Part shown: one piece after another, positions 28,696-41,984 of the stretch
How the letters are laid out: every line of letters begins with the position of its first letter
Numbering within the stretch: the first letter of the stretch is position 1
Made by a program: the position numbers and the translations under genes
Notes under the pieces: generated by a model
Databases searched by the model: none
The model's input: only the letters and a program-made list of their open reading frames with translations
Told to the model about the DNA's origin: nothing
Assembly (NCBI GenBank): GCA_022821685.1
Contig: JAJEDD010000042.1
Location: 35,071 to 99,070 of the forward strand
Reading direction: 5' to 3'
DNA: 64,000 nt
Origin: Acidimicrobiia bacterium
Lineage (GTDB): Bacteria > Actinomycetota > Acidimicrobiia > Acidimicrobiales > Aldehydirespiratoraceae

Positions 28696-30111
28696 TCACA
28701 ATCGAACTTCGGCGGGCTGGATCGCGGCCTGCGGATGACGGGCCGCGATACCGCGGGCTGCCGCCACAACTCGCGCTGTCTGCTCCGGCGCCGTTCCCGC
28801 GAAGCGTTCAGGGTCGGCCACCAATCGCTCCAATTCGGCGCGGCCGAGCGGCACCCGCTCATCGGCCGCCAACCGGTCCAGCAGACCGTCGAGATCAACA
28901 GAATCATCTCCGGCTGCCTGCTGCGCGGCCCGTCGGGTGGGTTCGGCCAGCACGGCATGGGCCTGCTCGCGGCCCATCCCGGCCCGCACCAGCGCGGTGA
29001 GCAGCCCGGTGGTGGCCAGCAGCGGCAGATAGCGCTCGAACTCGGCGGCCACCGCGGCCTCGTTGATCTGAAGCTCCTCCAGCACTCCCAGCGCGGTGTG
29101 GAGCAGGCCGTCGGCGGCGCAGAAGGCGTCGGGAATCATCACCCGCCGTGCCGCCGAGCAGCTCACATCGCCCTCGTTCCACTGCCGGCCCGCCAGCGAG
29201 GCCGCCATGGCCAGATGGCCGTCGAGCACCGCCGCCAGCGCGCCGATGCGCTCCGAAGAGCGGGCGTTGGCCTTGTGGGGCATGGCCGACGAGCCGACCT
29301 GGCCGTCGCGGAACCCCTCCGACACCAGCCCGTGGCCGGCCATGAGCCGCACCGTGGTGGCCAGCGACGTCGGACCCGACACGGCCTGCACCAGCGCGGC
29401 CACCACGTCGAGGTCCAGCGAGCGGGGGTAGATCTGGCCTGAGGCATCGAGTACCGCGCCGAAGCCGAGATGCTCGGCCACCAGGCGCTCCAACTCGTCG
29501 ACCGCCTCCGGCGAGCCGAGCAGGTCGAGCTGGTCGCCGCGGGTGCCGACCGCTCCCTTGATGCCCCGCAGCGGGTAGCGGTCCAGCAGTTCTGTGATCC
29601 GGACGTATCCGAGCATCGTCTCGGATGCCGCGTCGGCGAGCCGCTTGCCCACGGTGGTGGCCTGCGCAGCCACGTTGTGGGTGCGGGCCACCATCACCGT
29701 TGAGGCGTGGGCCTCGGCCCGCTCCGCCAGCCGGGCGATCAGCGCCACCAGGTCGTCGCGGACAATCTGCAGCGAATCGCGGAGCAGCAGCTGCTCGGTG
29801 TTCTCGGTGACGTCGCGCGACGTCATGCCCAGATGGATGGACTCGTGGCCTGCCAGGGCGCAGAACTCGTCGATCCGGGCCTTCACGTCGTGGCGGGTGA
29901 CCGCCTCTCGTGCCGCTATCGACTCAAGGTCGACCACCTCCAGCACCGCGGCGTAGTCATCGACGACGGCCCGATCGACGTCGAGCCCCAGGTTGCGCTG
30001 AGCCTCCAGCACCGCCAGCCACAGCCGGCGCTCCAGCACCACCCGGCGCTCGGGCGACCACAGCGCCCGCATCCGCTCGCTGGCGTAGCGGCCCGCCAGA
30101 ACGTTGGCCAT
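28696..30111 (-). CDS. purB: Adenylosuccinate lyase
   Basis: TRHDVKA, HLGMTSRD, GSSAMPHKAN fumarate-lyase signature; downstream of purA. Confidence 0.94.
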   Translation of the reverse strand: MANVLAGRYASERMRALWSPERRVVLERRLWLAVLEAQRNLGLDVDRAVVDDYAAVLEVVDLESIAAREAVTRHDVKARIDEFCALAGHESIHLGMTSRDVTENTEQLLLRDSLQIVRDDLVALIARLAERAEAHASTVMVARTHNVAAQATTVGKRLADAASETMLGYVRITELLDRYPLRGIKGAVGTRGDQLDLLGSPEAVDELERLVAEHLGFGAVLDASGQIYPRSLDLDVVAALVQAVSGPTSLATTVRLMAGHGLVSEGFRDGQVGSSAMPHKANARSSERIGALAAVLDGHLAMAASLAGRQWNEGDVSCSAARRVMIPDAFCAADGLLHTALGVLEELQINEAAVAAEFERYLPLLATTGLLTALVRAGMGREQAHAVLAEPTRRAAQQAAGDDSVDLDGLLDRLAADERVPLGRAELERLVADPERFAGTAPEQTARVVAAARGIAARHPQAAIQPAEVRL

Positions 30112-30133
30112 GCCGGTGTCCACTGCTCGGCCC

Positions 30134-33960
<3,827 letters not shown>

Positions 33961-33961
33961 A

Positions 33962-34465
33962 TCAGTCGCTCCTTAGTTTCCCGCTCTTGTTCGCTGTGCT
34001 CGCGGGCCCCTCGGGCCACGGCCTCACCAGCTCGGCCTCTGGCGATCCGACGGGTTCGACCACCGAGGCGGGGCCACGGGTGGCCCGGTAGATGGTGACC
34101 GCCCGGCTGGATGCGACCGCGGGCAGCCGCACGCCGGGGTTGAAGCCGCGGGCTGCCAACTCGGCCGACTGGCGCTCATGGGCCCGGCGGGCATCGTCGA
34201 GCTCGACCTGCAGCTCGGCCACGGCCGCCTCCAACTCCAGGACTCGCTGCACCCCGGCCAGGTTGAGGCCCTCGTCGGTGAGCTCGGCGATGCGCTCGAG
34301 CAGGGCGAGGTCGGCGTCGCTGTAGCGGCGGCTGCCGCCCGCAGTCCTCGCCGGCGCCAGCAGGCCCCTGCGCTCGTAGATGCGCAGCGTCTGGGGGTGG
34401 ACCCCGGCCAGCTCGGCGGCCACCGATATCACGTATACGGCCTTGTGGAAGCGGTCGTCAGTCAT
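33962..34465 (-). CDS. hspR: Heat-shock repressor HspR (MerR family) with repeat-derived C-terminal tail
   Basis: YVISVAAELAGVHPQTLRIYERRGLL...GGSRRYS...EGLNLAGV; downstream of dnaJ. Confidence 0.93.
   Translation of the reverse strand: MTDDRFHKAVYVISVAAELAGVHPQTLRIYERRGLLAPARTAGGSRRYSDADLALLERIAELTDEGLNLAGVQRVLELEAAVAELQVELDDARRAHERQSAELAARGFNPGVRLPAVASSRAVTIYRATRGPASVVEPVGSPEAELVRPWPEGPASTANKSGKLRSD
33979..34039 (-). repeat. Dispersed repeat, diverged copy inside the hspR 3' end
   Basis: Reverse complement GAGGCCGAGCTGGTGAGGCCGTGGCCCGAGGGGCCCGCGAGCACAGCGAACAAGAGCGGGA. Confidence 0.9.
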
Positions 34466-34520
34466 GTCTGTTCTCCGTGTTGCGTGGGTTGCGTGCTGGT
34501 TGCGTTCAGGTCTGTTCGAT

Positions 34521-35615
34521 TCATGGCTTGAGGTGGGCCCTCGGGTCTTCGCCGTCGGCGGCGGCGAAGGCCTCCACCGCCGCCCTCTGCTCGTCGGACA
34601 GGTTCTGGGGCACCGCCACCTCGACGTCGACGATGAGGTCGGCGCCGCCGTTGGCGCCGCTGGCCGGGATGCGCAGGCGTCGCCCGGTCTGGGTGCCAGG
34701 CGGGATGCGGATGGTCACCGTGGCACCGTCGAGGGTGGGCACCGGGATCTCGGCGCCCAGCGCAGCCTCCGAGAAGCTGACCGGCACAGTCAGCGTGAGG
34801 TTCTTGCCGTCGCGCCCGAACAGCCGGTGCGGCTTGACCTGGACCCGCACGTACAGGTCGCCGGGTCTGCCGCCCGCACCCTGACCCGGCGCGCCCCGGC
34901 CGCTGAGCTTGATGCGCTGCCCGTCGCTCACCCCGGCCGGCACCCGGGTCCTGACCTCGCGGCGGCGGTGTTCGATGCCCCGCCCGGCGCAGGCGCCGCA
35001 GGGGTCGTCGATGACGGTGCCCCGTCCGGCGCAGGCCGCACAGGGCCGGCTGAACGAGAACAGGCCCTGGTTCTCGTCGTTCACTCCGGTGCCCGAGCAG
35101 GTCAGGCACGGGCGCGGCTTCGACGGGGGGTTGGCTCCGAGACCCTCGCAGGTCCGGCAGCGGGCCTCGCCGGTCACCGGCACCGCTACGGTGGCGCCCG
35201 ACACCGCGTCGGCGAAGTCGAGCTTCACCTCGGTCTCGACGTCCGCGCCCCGTTGGGCGGCACCGCGGCGGCGGCCGAAGAGATCGCCGAGAAGGTTGCC
35301 GAGCCCGCCCGGCTGCTCGAAGTCGACGTTGAAGCCGCCTGCGGGACCGGGACCGAACCCACTGCCCACAGGGCCGAGCCGGCGTACCTCGTCGTAGGAC
35401 TTGCGCTTGGCGGCGTCGCCGAGCACGTCGTAGGCCGAGGCCACCTCCTTGAAGCGCTCCTCCACCGCCTCGTCGCCGGGGTTGGCGTCGGGATGCAGCT
35501 TCTTGGCCAGGCTGCGATAGGCCTTGGCGATGTCGGAGGCCGAGGCGTCCGCAGCCACACCGAGGATCTTGTAATAATCCTTCTCGAACCATTCCCGCTG
35601 GGGCTCCACGCTCAC
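34521..35615 (-). CDS. dnaJ: Chaperone DnaJ
   Basis: J domain HPD, four CxxCxGxG repeats. Confidence 0.96.
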   Translation of the reverse strand: MSVEPQREWFEKDYYKILGVAADASASDIAKAYRSLAKKLHPDANPGDEAVEERFKEVASAYDVLGDAAKRKSYDEVRRLGPVGSGFGPGPAGGFNVDFEQPGGLGNLLGDLFGRRRGAAQRGADVETEVKLDFADAVSGATVAVPVTGEARCRTCEGLGANPPSKPRPCLTCSGTGVNDENQGLFSFSRPCAACAGRGTVIDDPCGACAGRGIEHRRREVRTRVPAGVSDGQRIKLSGRGAPGQGAGGRPGDLYVRVQVKPHRLFGRDGKNLTLTVPVSFSEAALGAEIPVPTLDGATVTIRIPPGTQTGRRLRIPASGANGGADLIVDVEVAVPQNLSDEQRAAVEAFAAADGEDPRAHLKP

Positions 35616-35651
35616 CTCCCTGTTGCTTCTTGGTCTTCGTTCGTGTTGTTC

Positions 35652-36257
35652 TCAGCCCCGAACCTTCACCATGGCCGGGCGCAGCACCCGGCCGTTCCAG
35701 GCGTAGCCGGTGCGCAGCACCTCGGCCACAGCCGGGCCGTCGGCACCGTCACCACCGGATTCCTCGCTCATCACCGCCTCGTGGAAGCCGGGATCGAAGG
35801 GCTCGTCCACCGTGCCCAGCACGGTGAGGCCCTCCGCCGACAGCACACCCAGCAGCTGCGACTGCAGCGCCTCGATGCCCTCCACACCCTGGCCGACCGC
35901 CGCCTCGCAGGCGTCGAGCACCACCAGCAGTTCCTTGGCCAGCCGCGAGGCGGCCTGCGCCACCAGGTCGGTGTTGCGCTTCATGGTCTGGCGCCGGAAG
36001 TTGGTGAACTCCGCGGTGACCCGCTGGAGGTCCTCCAGGTAGGCGTCCCGCTCCGCCATCACCGCGGCCAAGTCGGACTCGGCCCCGGAGTTTGACTCGT
36101 CTGCTGCATCCGTCGGCTCGGCGGCTGCGAACTCGGCCTGCTCTGCGTCCGGCACCAGCTGGGCGGTCACAGACTCGGCCCCATCGCCTGTGTCGGCGGC
36201 GGCTTCGACAGCCTCGTCGGGCGCAGACTCGCCGGGGTCGGGCGACGGTGCGCTCAC
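35652..36257 (-). CDS. grpE: Nucleotide exchange factor GrpE
   Basis: [19 protein letters not shown]...[10 protein letters not shown]. Confidence 0.95.
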   Translation of the reverse strand: MSAPSPDPGESAPDEAVEAAADTGDGAESVTAQLVPDAEQAEFAAAEPTDAADESNSGAESDLAAVMAERDAYLEDLQRVTAEFTNFRRQTMKRNTDLVAQAASRLAKELLVVLDACEAAVGQGVEGIEALQSQLLGVLSAEGLTVLGTVDEPFDPGFHEAVMSEESGGDGADGPAVAEVLRTGYAWNGRVLRPAMVKVRG

Positions 36258-38074
36258 GCCGTCTCGCGGTCGTCGTCGACGATCTCAGCCTCGACCACGT
36301 CGTCGTCAGCGGGCGCCTCGGCCTCGCGCTCGGCCGCGGCGGCCGCCTCGTACAGCCTCTGGCCGAACTCCTGGCTGGCCGCCATGAGCGCCTCGGTGGC
36401 CGACTTGACCGCCTCGATGTCATCGCCCTCCAGCGCGCTGCGCAGGTCGGCGAGCTTCGAGTTGATCGTCTCCTTCTCGTCGTCTGACACCGCCTCGGCC
36501 TGATCGGCGAGCAGCTTCTCGGTCTGGTACAGCAGGGTGTCGGCCGTGTTGCGCACCTCGGCCTCCTCGCGCCGCTGCTGATCCTCTGCGGCGTGGGCCT
36601 CGGCATCGGCCACCATCTGCTCGATGACGTCGGAGTCGAGCGACGACTGCCCCGTGATGGTCATCGACTGCTCCTTGCCGGTGGCCTTGTCTTGGGCGCT
36701 GACGTGGACGATGCCGTTGGCGTCGATATCGAAGGTCACCTCGATCTGGGGCATGCCCCGGGGGGCCGGCGGCAGATCGACCAGCTGGAACTTGCCCAGG
36801 GTCTTGTTGTAGGCGGCCATCTGCCTCTCGCCCTGCAGCACATGGATCTCCACCGAGGGCTGGCCGTCCTCGGCAGTGGTGAAGATCTCGCTCTTGCGGG
36901 TGGGGATGGTGGTGTTGCGCTCGATGAGGGTGGTCATCACGCCGCCCTTGGTCTCGATGCCCAGCGACAGCGGGGTCACGTCGAGCAGCAGCACATCCTT
37001 GACCTCGCCCTTGAGCACGCCGGCCTGGATGGCCGCGCCGACGGCGACCACCTCATCAGGGTTGACCGTCTTGTTGGGCTCGCGCCCGGTCATCTCCTGC
37101 ACCAGCTCGGCCACCGCCGGCATGCGGGTCGATCCGCCCACCAGCACGACGTGGTCGATATCGCCCTTGGCCACTCCCGCGTCTTTGATGGCCCGCTCGA
37201 ACGGGCCCCGGCAGCGCTGCAGCAGCGCGGCGGTCAGCTCCTGGAACTTGGCCCGGCTCAGCGTGTAGTCGAGGTGCAGCGGACCCTGGTCGGTGGCGGT
37301 CACGAAGGGCAGGTTGATCTGCGACGACGGGGTCTGCGACAGCTCGATCTTGGCCTTCTCGGCCGCCTCCTTGAGGCGCTGCATGGCCATGGCGTCGCCG
37401 GACAGGTCCACGCCGTGGTCGCCCTTGAACGACGCCACCAGCCAGCCGATCACGGCCTCGTCCCAGTCGTCGCCGCCGAGCTTGGTGTCGCCGGAGGTGG
37501 ACTTCACCTCGAACACGCCGTCGCCGAGCTCCAGCACCGACACGTCGAAGGTGCCGCCGCCGAGGTCGAACACCAGGATGGTCTGGTCGGCGGACTCCTT
37601 GTCGAGCCCGTAGGCCAGTGCGGCCGCGGTGGGCTCGTTGATGATCCGCAAGACTTCGAGGCCGGCAATCTTGCCGGCCTCGTTGGTGGCGGTGCGCTGG
37701 GCGTCGTCGAAGTAGGCGGGCACGGTGATCACCGCCTGCGTCACCGTGTCGCCGAGGTACTCCTCTGCGTCACGCTTGAGCTTCATCAGCACCCGGGCCG
37801 AGATCTCCTGGGCGGTGTAGCTCTTGTCGTCGATGTCGGACTTCTTGGCCGTGCCCATTTCGCGCTTCACCGAGCGGATGGTGCGCTTGGGGTTGGTGAT
37901 GGCTTGGCGCTTGGCCACCTCGCCCACCAGCACCTCGCCGTCGTTGCTGAAGGCCACGACGGAGGGGGTGGTGCGAGATCCCTCGGCGTTGGGGATGACG
38001 ACGGGATCGCCGCCCTCGAGGACGCTCACTACAGAATTGGTGGTACCGAGGTCGATACCGACAGCCTTGGGCAT
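36254..38074 (-). CDS. dnaK: Chaperone DnaK
   Basis: [28 protein letters not shown]. Confidence 0.98.
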   Translation of the reverse strand: MPKAVGIDLGTTNSVVSVLEGGDPVVIPNAEGSRTTPSVVAFSNDGEVLVGEVAKRQAITNPKRTIRSVKREMGTAKKSDIDDKSYTAQEISARVLMKLKRDAEEYLGDTVTQAVITVPAYFDDAQRTATNEAGKIAGLEVLRIINEPTAAALAYGLDKESADQTILVFDLGGGTFDVSVLELGDGVFEVKSTSGDTKLGGDDWDEAVIGWLVASFKGDHGVDLSGDAMAMQRLKEAAEKAKIELSQTPSSQINLPFVTATDQGPLHLDYTLSRAKFQELTAALLQRCRGPFERAIKDAGVAKGDIDHVVLVGGSTRMPAVAELVQEMTGREPNKTVNPDEVVAVGAAIQAGVLKGEVKDVLLLDVTPLSLGIETKGGVMTTLIERNTTIPTRKSEIFTTAEDGQPSVEIHVLQGERQMAAYNKTLGKFQLVDLPPAPRGMPQIEVTFDIDANGIVHVSAQDKATGKEQSMTITGQSSLDSDVIEQMVADAEAHAAEDQQRREEAEVRNTADTLLYQTEKLLADQAEAVSDDEKETINSKLADLRSALEGDDIEAVKSATEALMAASQEFGQRLYEAAAAAEREAEAPADDDVVEAEIVDDDRETA

Positions 38075-38099
38075 GGTGGGGTTCCTTTCGTTTGGTACC

Positions 38100-38175
38100 T
38101 AACCTTTGAACGCTCAGGCTAGCTAAGTTGATTTGTATTTCAAACAAAATATGGGTCATTCTTTATCAACTTTTG
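38100..38175. promoter_or_regulatory. AT-rich dnaK promoter/operator region with inverted repeats (candidate HspR operator)
   Basis: AAGTTGAT (38125-38132) and ATCAACTT (38165-38172), plus TTGA-N8-TCAA; only partial similarity to HAIR CTTGAGT-N7-ACTCAAG. Confidence 0.45.
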
Positions 38176-38202
38176 GTGGGCCGGTTGGAGTACCTTGGCC
38201 CC

Positions 38203-38973
38203 ATGGCCCACAATCTGATCCTGCTGCGCCACGGCCGCAGCACCTGGAACGACAAGAACCTGTTCACCGGCTGGTACGACTGCGAGCTGAGCGAAGCGGG
38301 ACGGGCCGAGGCCCACCGGGCCGCCGAGCTACTGGCCGCTGCCGGCCTGCTGCCCGCCGCGGTGCACACATCGGTGCTGCGGCGGGCTGTCGAGACGACC
38401 CGGATCGTGCTCGACGATCTCGGCCTCGCCTCGCTGGCGGTGCGACATAGCTGGCGCCTCAACGAGCGCCACTACGGCGACCTGACCGGGCTCGACAAGG
38501 CCGCCACCCGCAAAGCCCACGGCGACGAGCAGTTGCAGCGCTGGCGACGCGGCTACGACACCCCGCCCCCTCCGATCCGGCCCGACAACGAGTTCAACCC
38601 CAACACCTCGCCGCGGTACGCCGACCTGGCGCCGGGAACGATCCCGCTCGCCGAGAGCCTCGCCGACGTGCTGGCGCGAATGCTGCCCTACTGGCGCGGC
38701 GAGATCGTGGCCGACCTGCGCCTTGGTGGCACCGTGCTGGTCTCAGCCCACGGCAACAGCCTGCGCGCCCTGGCCAAGCACCTCGACCGGATCCCCAACG
38801 ACGACATCGGCGCCCTCAACATCCCCACCGGGATGCCCCTGCACTACGAACTGGGCCCCGACATGTTCCCCACCGAGGCCAAGCACCCCCTCGCGCGCGC
38901 CCTGGATCCAGCCGCCGCAGTCGCAGCAGCAGCAGAAGTAGCCGCCCAAGCCACCAGCCCCCACACGGCCTGA
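38203..38973 (+). CDS. gpmA: 2,3-bisphosphoglycerate-dependent phosphoglycerate mutase
   Basis: LRHGRS.WN..NLFTGW, RLNERHYG, AHGNSLRAL, LNIPTG. Confidence 0.95.
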   Translation: MAHNLILLRHGRSTWNDKNLFTGWYDCELSEAGRAEAHRAAELLAAAGLLPAAVHTSVLRRAVETTRIVLDDLGLASLAVRHSWRLNERHYGDLTGLDKAATRKAHGDEQLQRWRRGYDTPPPPIRPDNEFNPNTSPRYADLAPGTIPLAESLADVLARMLPYWRGEIVADLRLGGTVLVSAHGNSLRALAKHLDRIPNDDIGALNIPTGMPLHYELGPDMFPTEAKHPLARALDPAAAVAAAAEVAAQATSPHTA

Positions 38974-39060
38974 GGGGGCACGGCCCGGTAGGCCGGCGAG
39001 TGGCGGCGAAGCCTCGTCGATCGAACGGCCTCGGCGACAGGTCCCGCTGGCCGGGGATGC

Positions 39061-41280
39061 TCAGCTTCGAGCGCTGTTGGTTGCCGCGTCGCGAGCCTCG
39101 ACCGCCTCCAGGACGTGCAATGCGATGTCGGCGACCTGAACCGAGTCCTCCTCGGCGCCGTTGGCCCGCACCCCGTCGTCCATCATGATGTAGCAGAACG
39201 GGCAGGCGGTGGCGATGCGCGACGCGCCGGTGTCGAGCAGTTCCTGGGAGCGCTCGTCGTTCACCTTGGTGCCGATGGTTTCCTCCATCCACATGCGGGC
39301 CCCGCCCGCGCCGCAGCACATGCCCTTGTTGCCGTTGCGGGGCGCCTCCACCAGGTCGATGCCGCCGAGCGAGCCCAGCACCCGCCGCGGCGCCATGTAG
39401 ACGTCGTTGTGGCGGCCCAGGTAGCAGCTGTCGTGGTAGACAACCCGCTCGGCCAGAGTGGCGCCCTCCAGGTCCAGGCGACCCTCGGCCACCAGCGACT
39501 CCAGCAGCTGGCTGTGGTGGATCACCTCGTAGTGTCCGCCGAGCTGCGGGTATTCGTTGGCCAGCGTGTTGAAGCAGTGGGGGCACTGGGTGACGATCTT
39601 GCGCACCCCCATGGAGTTGAGGGTCTCGATGTTGGCCGAGGCCAGCATCTGGAACAGGTACTCGTTGCCGGAGCGCCTAGCCGAGTCGCCGGTGCAGTTC
39701 TCGGCCGGGCCGAGAATGGCGAAGTCCACACCGGCCCGCTCCATGAGCTGGGCCATGGCCCGGGCCACCTTCTTGTTCTTGTCGTCGAACGATCCCGCGC
39801 ACCCGACCCAGAACAGGTACTCGGCCTCGAGCGGGTCGCCGCCGGCCACCACTCGCACGCCGTCGAGGTCTCGGGCCCAGTCGGCCCGCTCGGTCTGGCT
39901 CAGCGACCACGGGTTCGACGAGTTCTCCATGCCCCGGAAGGCCTGGCCCAGCTCCGAGGGGAAGTCGCTCTCCATCAGCGTGAGATAGCGGCGCATGTCG
40001 AGGATCTTGTCGAGGATCTCGATGTTGACCGGACAGATCTCGTCGCAAGCCCGACACGACGTGCAGGCCCACAGCTCCTCATTGCTGACGCGCTCGAACA
40101 TCCAGTTGGCCGGCACCTTCACGATCTCGCCGCCGCCGGCCTCGGTCTCGCCCCGACCGAGGGGGGGCGATGTGGGCGGATTGCCGGTCAGGGCCATGAC
40201 CTCGCCCGTCTTGAGCACGATCTCCCGAGGATCGAGGGGCTTGCCGGTGGCGTGGGCCGGACAGACCGAGGTGCAGCGTCCGCACATGGTGCATGCGTCG
40301 GTGTCGAGCAGCTGCTTCCACGAGAAGTCCTCCACCACCGACGCGCCGAACGTCTCCAGTTCGGTGTCGCCCTCCACCAGATTGGGCATGGGCGCCATGG
40401 CGCCCTTGGGCCGGTCGCGGTGGCGCAAGTACATGTTCAGCGGAGACGTGAACATGTGGCGCAGCATGGTGGTCGGCAGGATCACCAGGAAGGCCGCGAA
40501 GGCAACAACGTGGGCCACCCACCACGCCTGGTGCCAGCCGTGGACCGCGCCCGAGCCGTCGACCAGGGTGGCCAGCGGGTAGCCGATGAAGCTCCAGCGC
40601 TCGTGGTCGGGCAGGCCGTCGGCCGCGATTCGGAAGGCCTCGGCGCCGAATCCAGTGACGCCGATGGCCAGCAGGACCGCGCCGATGACCGCGTGCTCGG
40701 GCCGGGACTTGATGCGGATGCGGTACGGCCGCCAGCGCGGCGGTCCGAAGCGGCGCAGGATGGCCCACACCATTCCGACGATGAACACCGCCCCAGCCGC
40801 GTCGCCCACCGCGGCGTAGGCCCGGTATACGTCGCCGTGCAGGAACTTGGCGCCGTCGGGGAGTTGGTGGTCGACCTCCAGGGCGGTGGTCACGCCCAGC
40901 AGCACCAGGAAGCTGAAGTAGATGAGCGAGTGCATCACCCCGGCGCCGGGCTCCCGCAACAGCGTGCGCATGTAGACGCCGGCCCGGAAGTCGGCCATGC
41001 GGCGCTTGGCGTTGTGGCCGGTGGTGCGGCGGTTGTCGGGGCGGCCCCGCTCCCAGTTCTTCACCCGGTTGGCGAACAGGACCGATCCGTACACCAGCAG
41101 TATCGGGATGACGGTGTAGAACGCGACCTTCAGCGGGCCGGGAACGTTACCAAAGACCTCGCGGGTGATGAGGCTGTCGCTGTGGAAGCCAGCGAAGCTA
41201 GCCACGATCCCCGAGGCAGCGGTGAACAGCGCCACCCCAACGCCGAGCGTAACGACGACATGGTGAGGCCTGACCCGCAT
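39061..41280 (-). CDS. Membrane-anchored Fe-S oxidoreductase (FadF/HdrD-like, two CCG domains)
   Basis: CTMCGRCTSVCP, CTSCRACDEICP, CPHCFN, YHDSCYLGRHN, CCGAGG, ACPFC. Confidence 0.9.
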   Translation of the reverse strand: MRVRPHHVVVTLGVGVALFTAASGIVASFAGFHSDSLITREVFGNVPGPLKVAFYTVIPILLVYGSVLFANRVKNWERGRPDNRRTTGHNAKRRMADFRAGVYMRTLLREPGAGVMHSLIYFSFLVLLGVTTALEVDHQLPDGAKFLHGDVYRAYAAVGDAAGAVFIVGMVWAILRRFGPPRWRPYRIRIKSRPEHAVIGAVLLAIGVTGFGAEAFRIAADGLPDHERWSFIGYPLATLVDGSGAVHGWHQAWWVAHVVAFAAFLVILPTTMLRHMFTSPLNMYLRHRDRPKGAMAPMPNLVEGDTELETFGASVVEDFSWKQLLDTDACTMCGRCTSVCPAHATGKPLDPREIVLKTGEVMALTGNPPTSPPLGRGETEAGGGEIVKVPANWMFERVSNEELWACTSCRACDEICPVNIEILDKILDMRRYLTLMESDFPSELGQAFRGMENSSNPWSLSQTERADWARDLDGVRVVAGGDPLEAEYLFWVGCAGSFDDKNKKVARAMAQLMERAGVDFAILGPAENCTGDSARRSGNEYLFQMLASANIETLNSMGVRKIVTQCPHCFNTLANEYPQLGGHYEVIHHSQLLESLVAEGRLDLEGATLAERVVYHDSCYLGRHNDVYMAPRRVLGSLGGIDLVEAPRNGNKGMCCGAGGARMWMEETIGTKVNDERSQELLDTGASRIATACPFCYIMMDDGVRANGAEEDSVQVADIALHVLEAVEARDAATNSARS

Positions 41281-41377
41281 ACCGGCCGCGACCCTACTAG
41301 CCGAGCCCCCTCAGGCCGCGCCTCGGCCGATGGCCTAACCGACGGCCTTGCGGTTGGCGGGCGGTAGCGTTTTGGGG

Positions 41378-41959
41378 GTGGGGCCTCGGATTGCGGTTGT
41401 CGACAACTATGACTCTTTCGTGTACATCCTGGTCCAGTATCTGGGGGAGTTGGGGGCCGAGCCGCTGGTCTACCGCCACGACGCGGTCACTGCCGACGAG
41501 GTGCGGGCGCTGGCGCCCGACGGGATCCTGATCAGTCCGGGGCCGGGCACGCCGGAGGACGCCGGCGTCAGCAACGACCTGCTGGAGACGCTGAGCGGCT
41601 CGGTGCCCATCTTCGGCGTGTGCCTGGGGATGCAGTGCATAGGCCAGGCCTTCGGTGCGGCGGTGATCCGGGCCCCGGAGGTGATGCACGGCAAGACCTC
41701 GGTGATCGAGCACGACTCGTCCGGGGTATTCGACGGCCTGGCCAACCCGCTCACCGCCACCCGCTACCACTCCCTGATCGTGGACCGCGCCTCGGTGCCG
41801 TCGGTGCTGGAGGTGACCGCCACCTGCGACGGCGGCCTAGTGATGGGGCTGCGGCACCGGAGCCACCCCACCGAGGGCGTCCAGTTCCATCCCGAGTCGG
41901 TGCTCACCCACTCGGGCCGAGACCTGCTCGGCAACTTCCTGGCCCGCTGCGGCCCGTGA
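41378..41959 (+). CDS. Anthranilate/aminodeoxychorismate synthase component II (glutamine amidotransferase)
   Basis: DNYDSF, SPGPG, GVCLGMQ, RYHSL, GVQFHPES; convergent with pknB as in other actinobacteria. Confidence 0.93.
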   Translation: MGPRIAVVDNYDSFVYILVQYLGELGAEPLVYRHDAVTADEVRALAPDGILISPGPGTPEDAGVSNDLLETLSGSVPIFGVCLGMQCIGQAFGAAVIRAPEVMHGKTSVIEHDSSGVFDGLANPLTATRYHSLIVDRASVPSVLEVTATCDGGLVMGLRHRSHPTEGVQFHPESVLTHSGRDLLGNFLARCGP

Positions 41960-41984
41960 GCGCCGCTCCTGCCTCGCTCGACTT

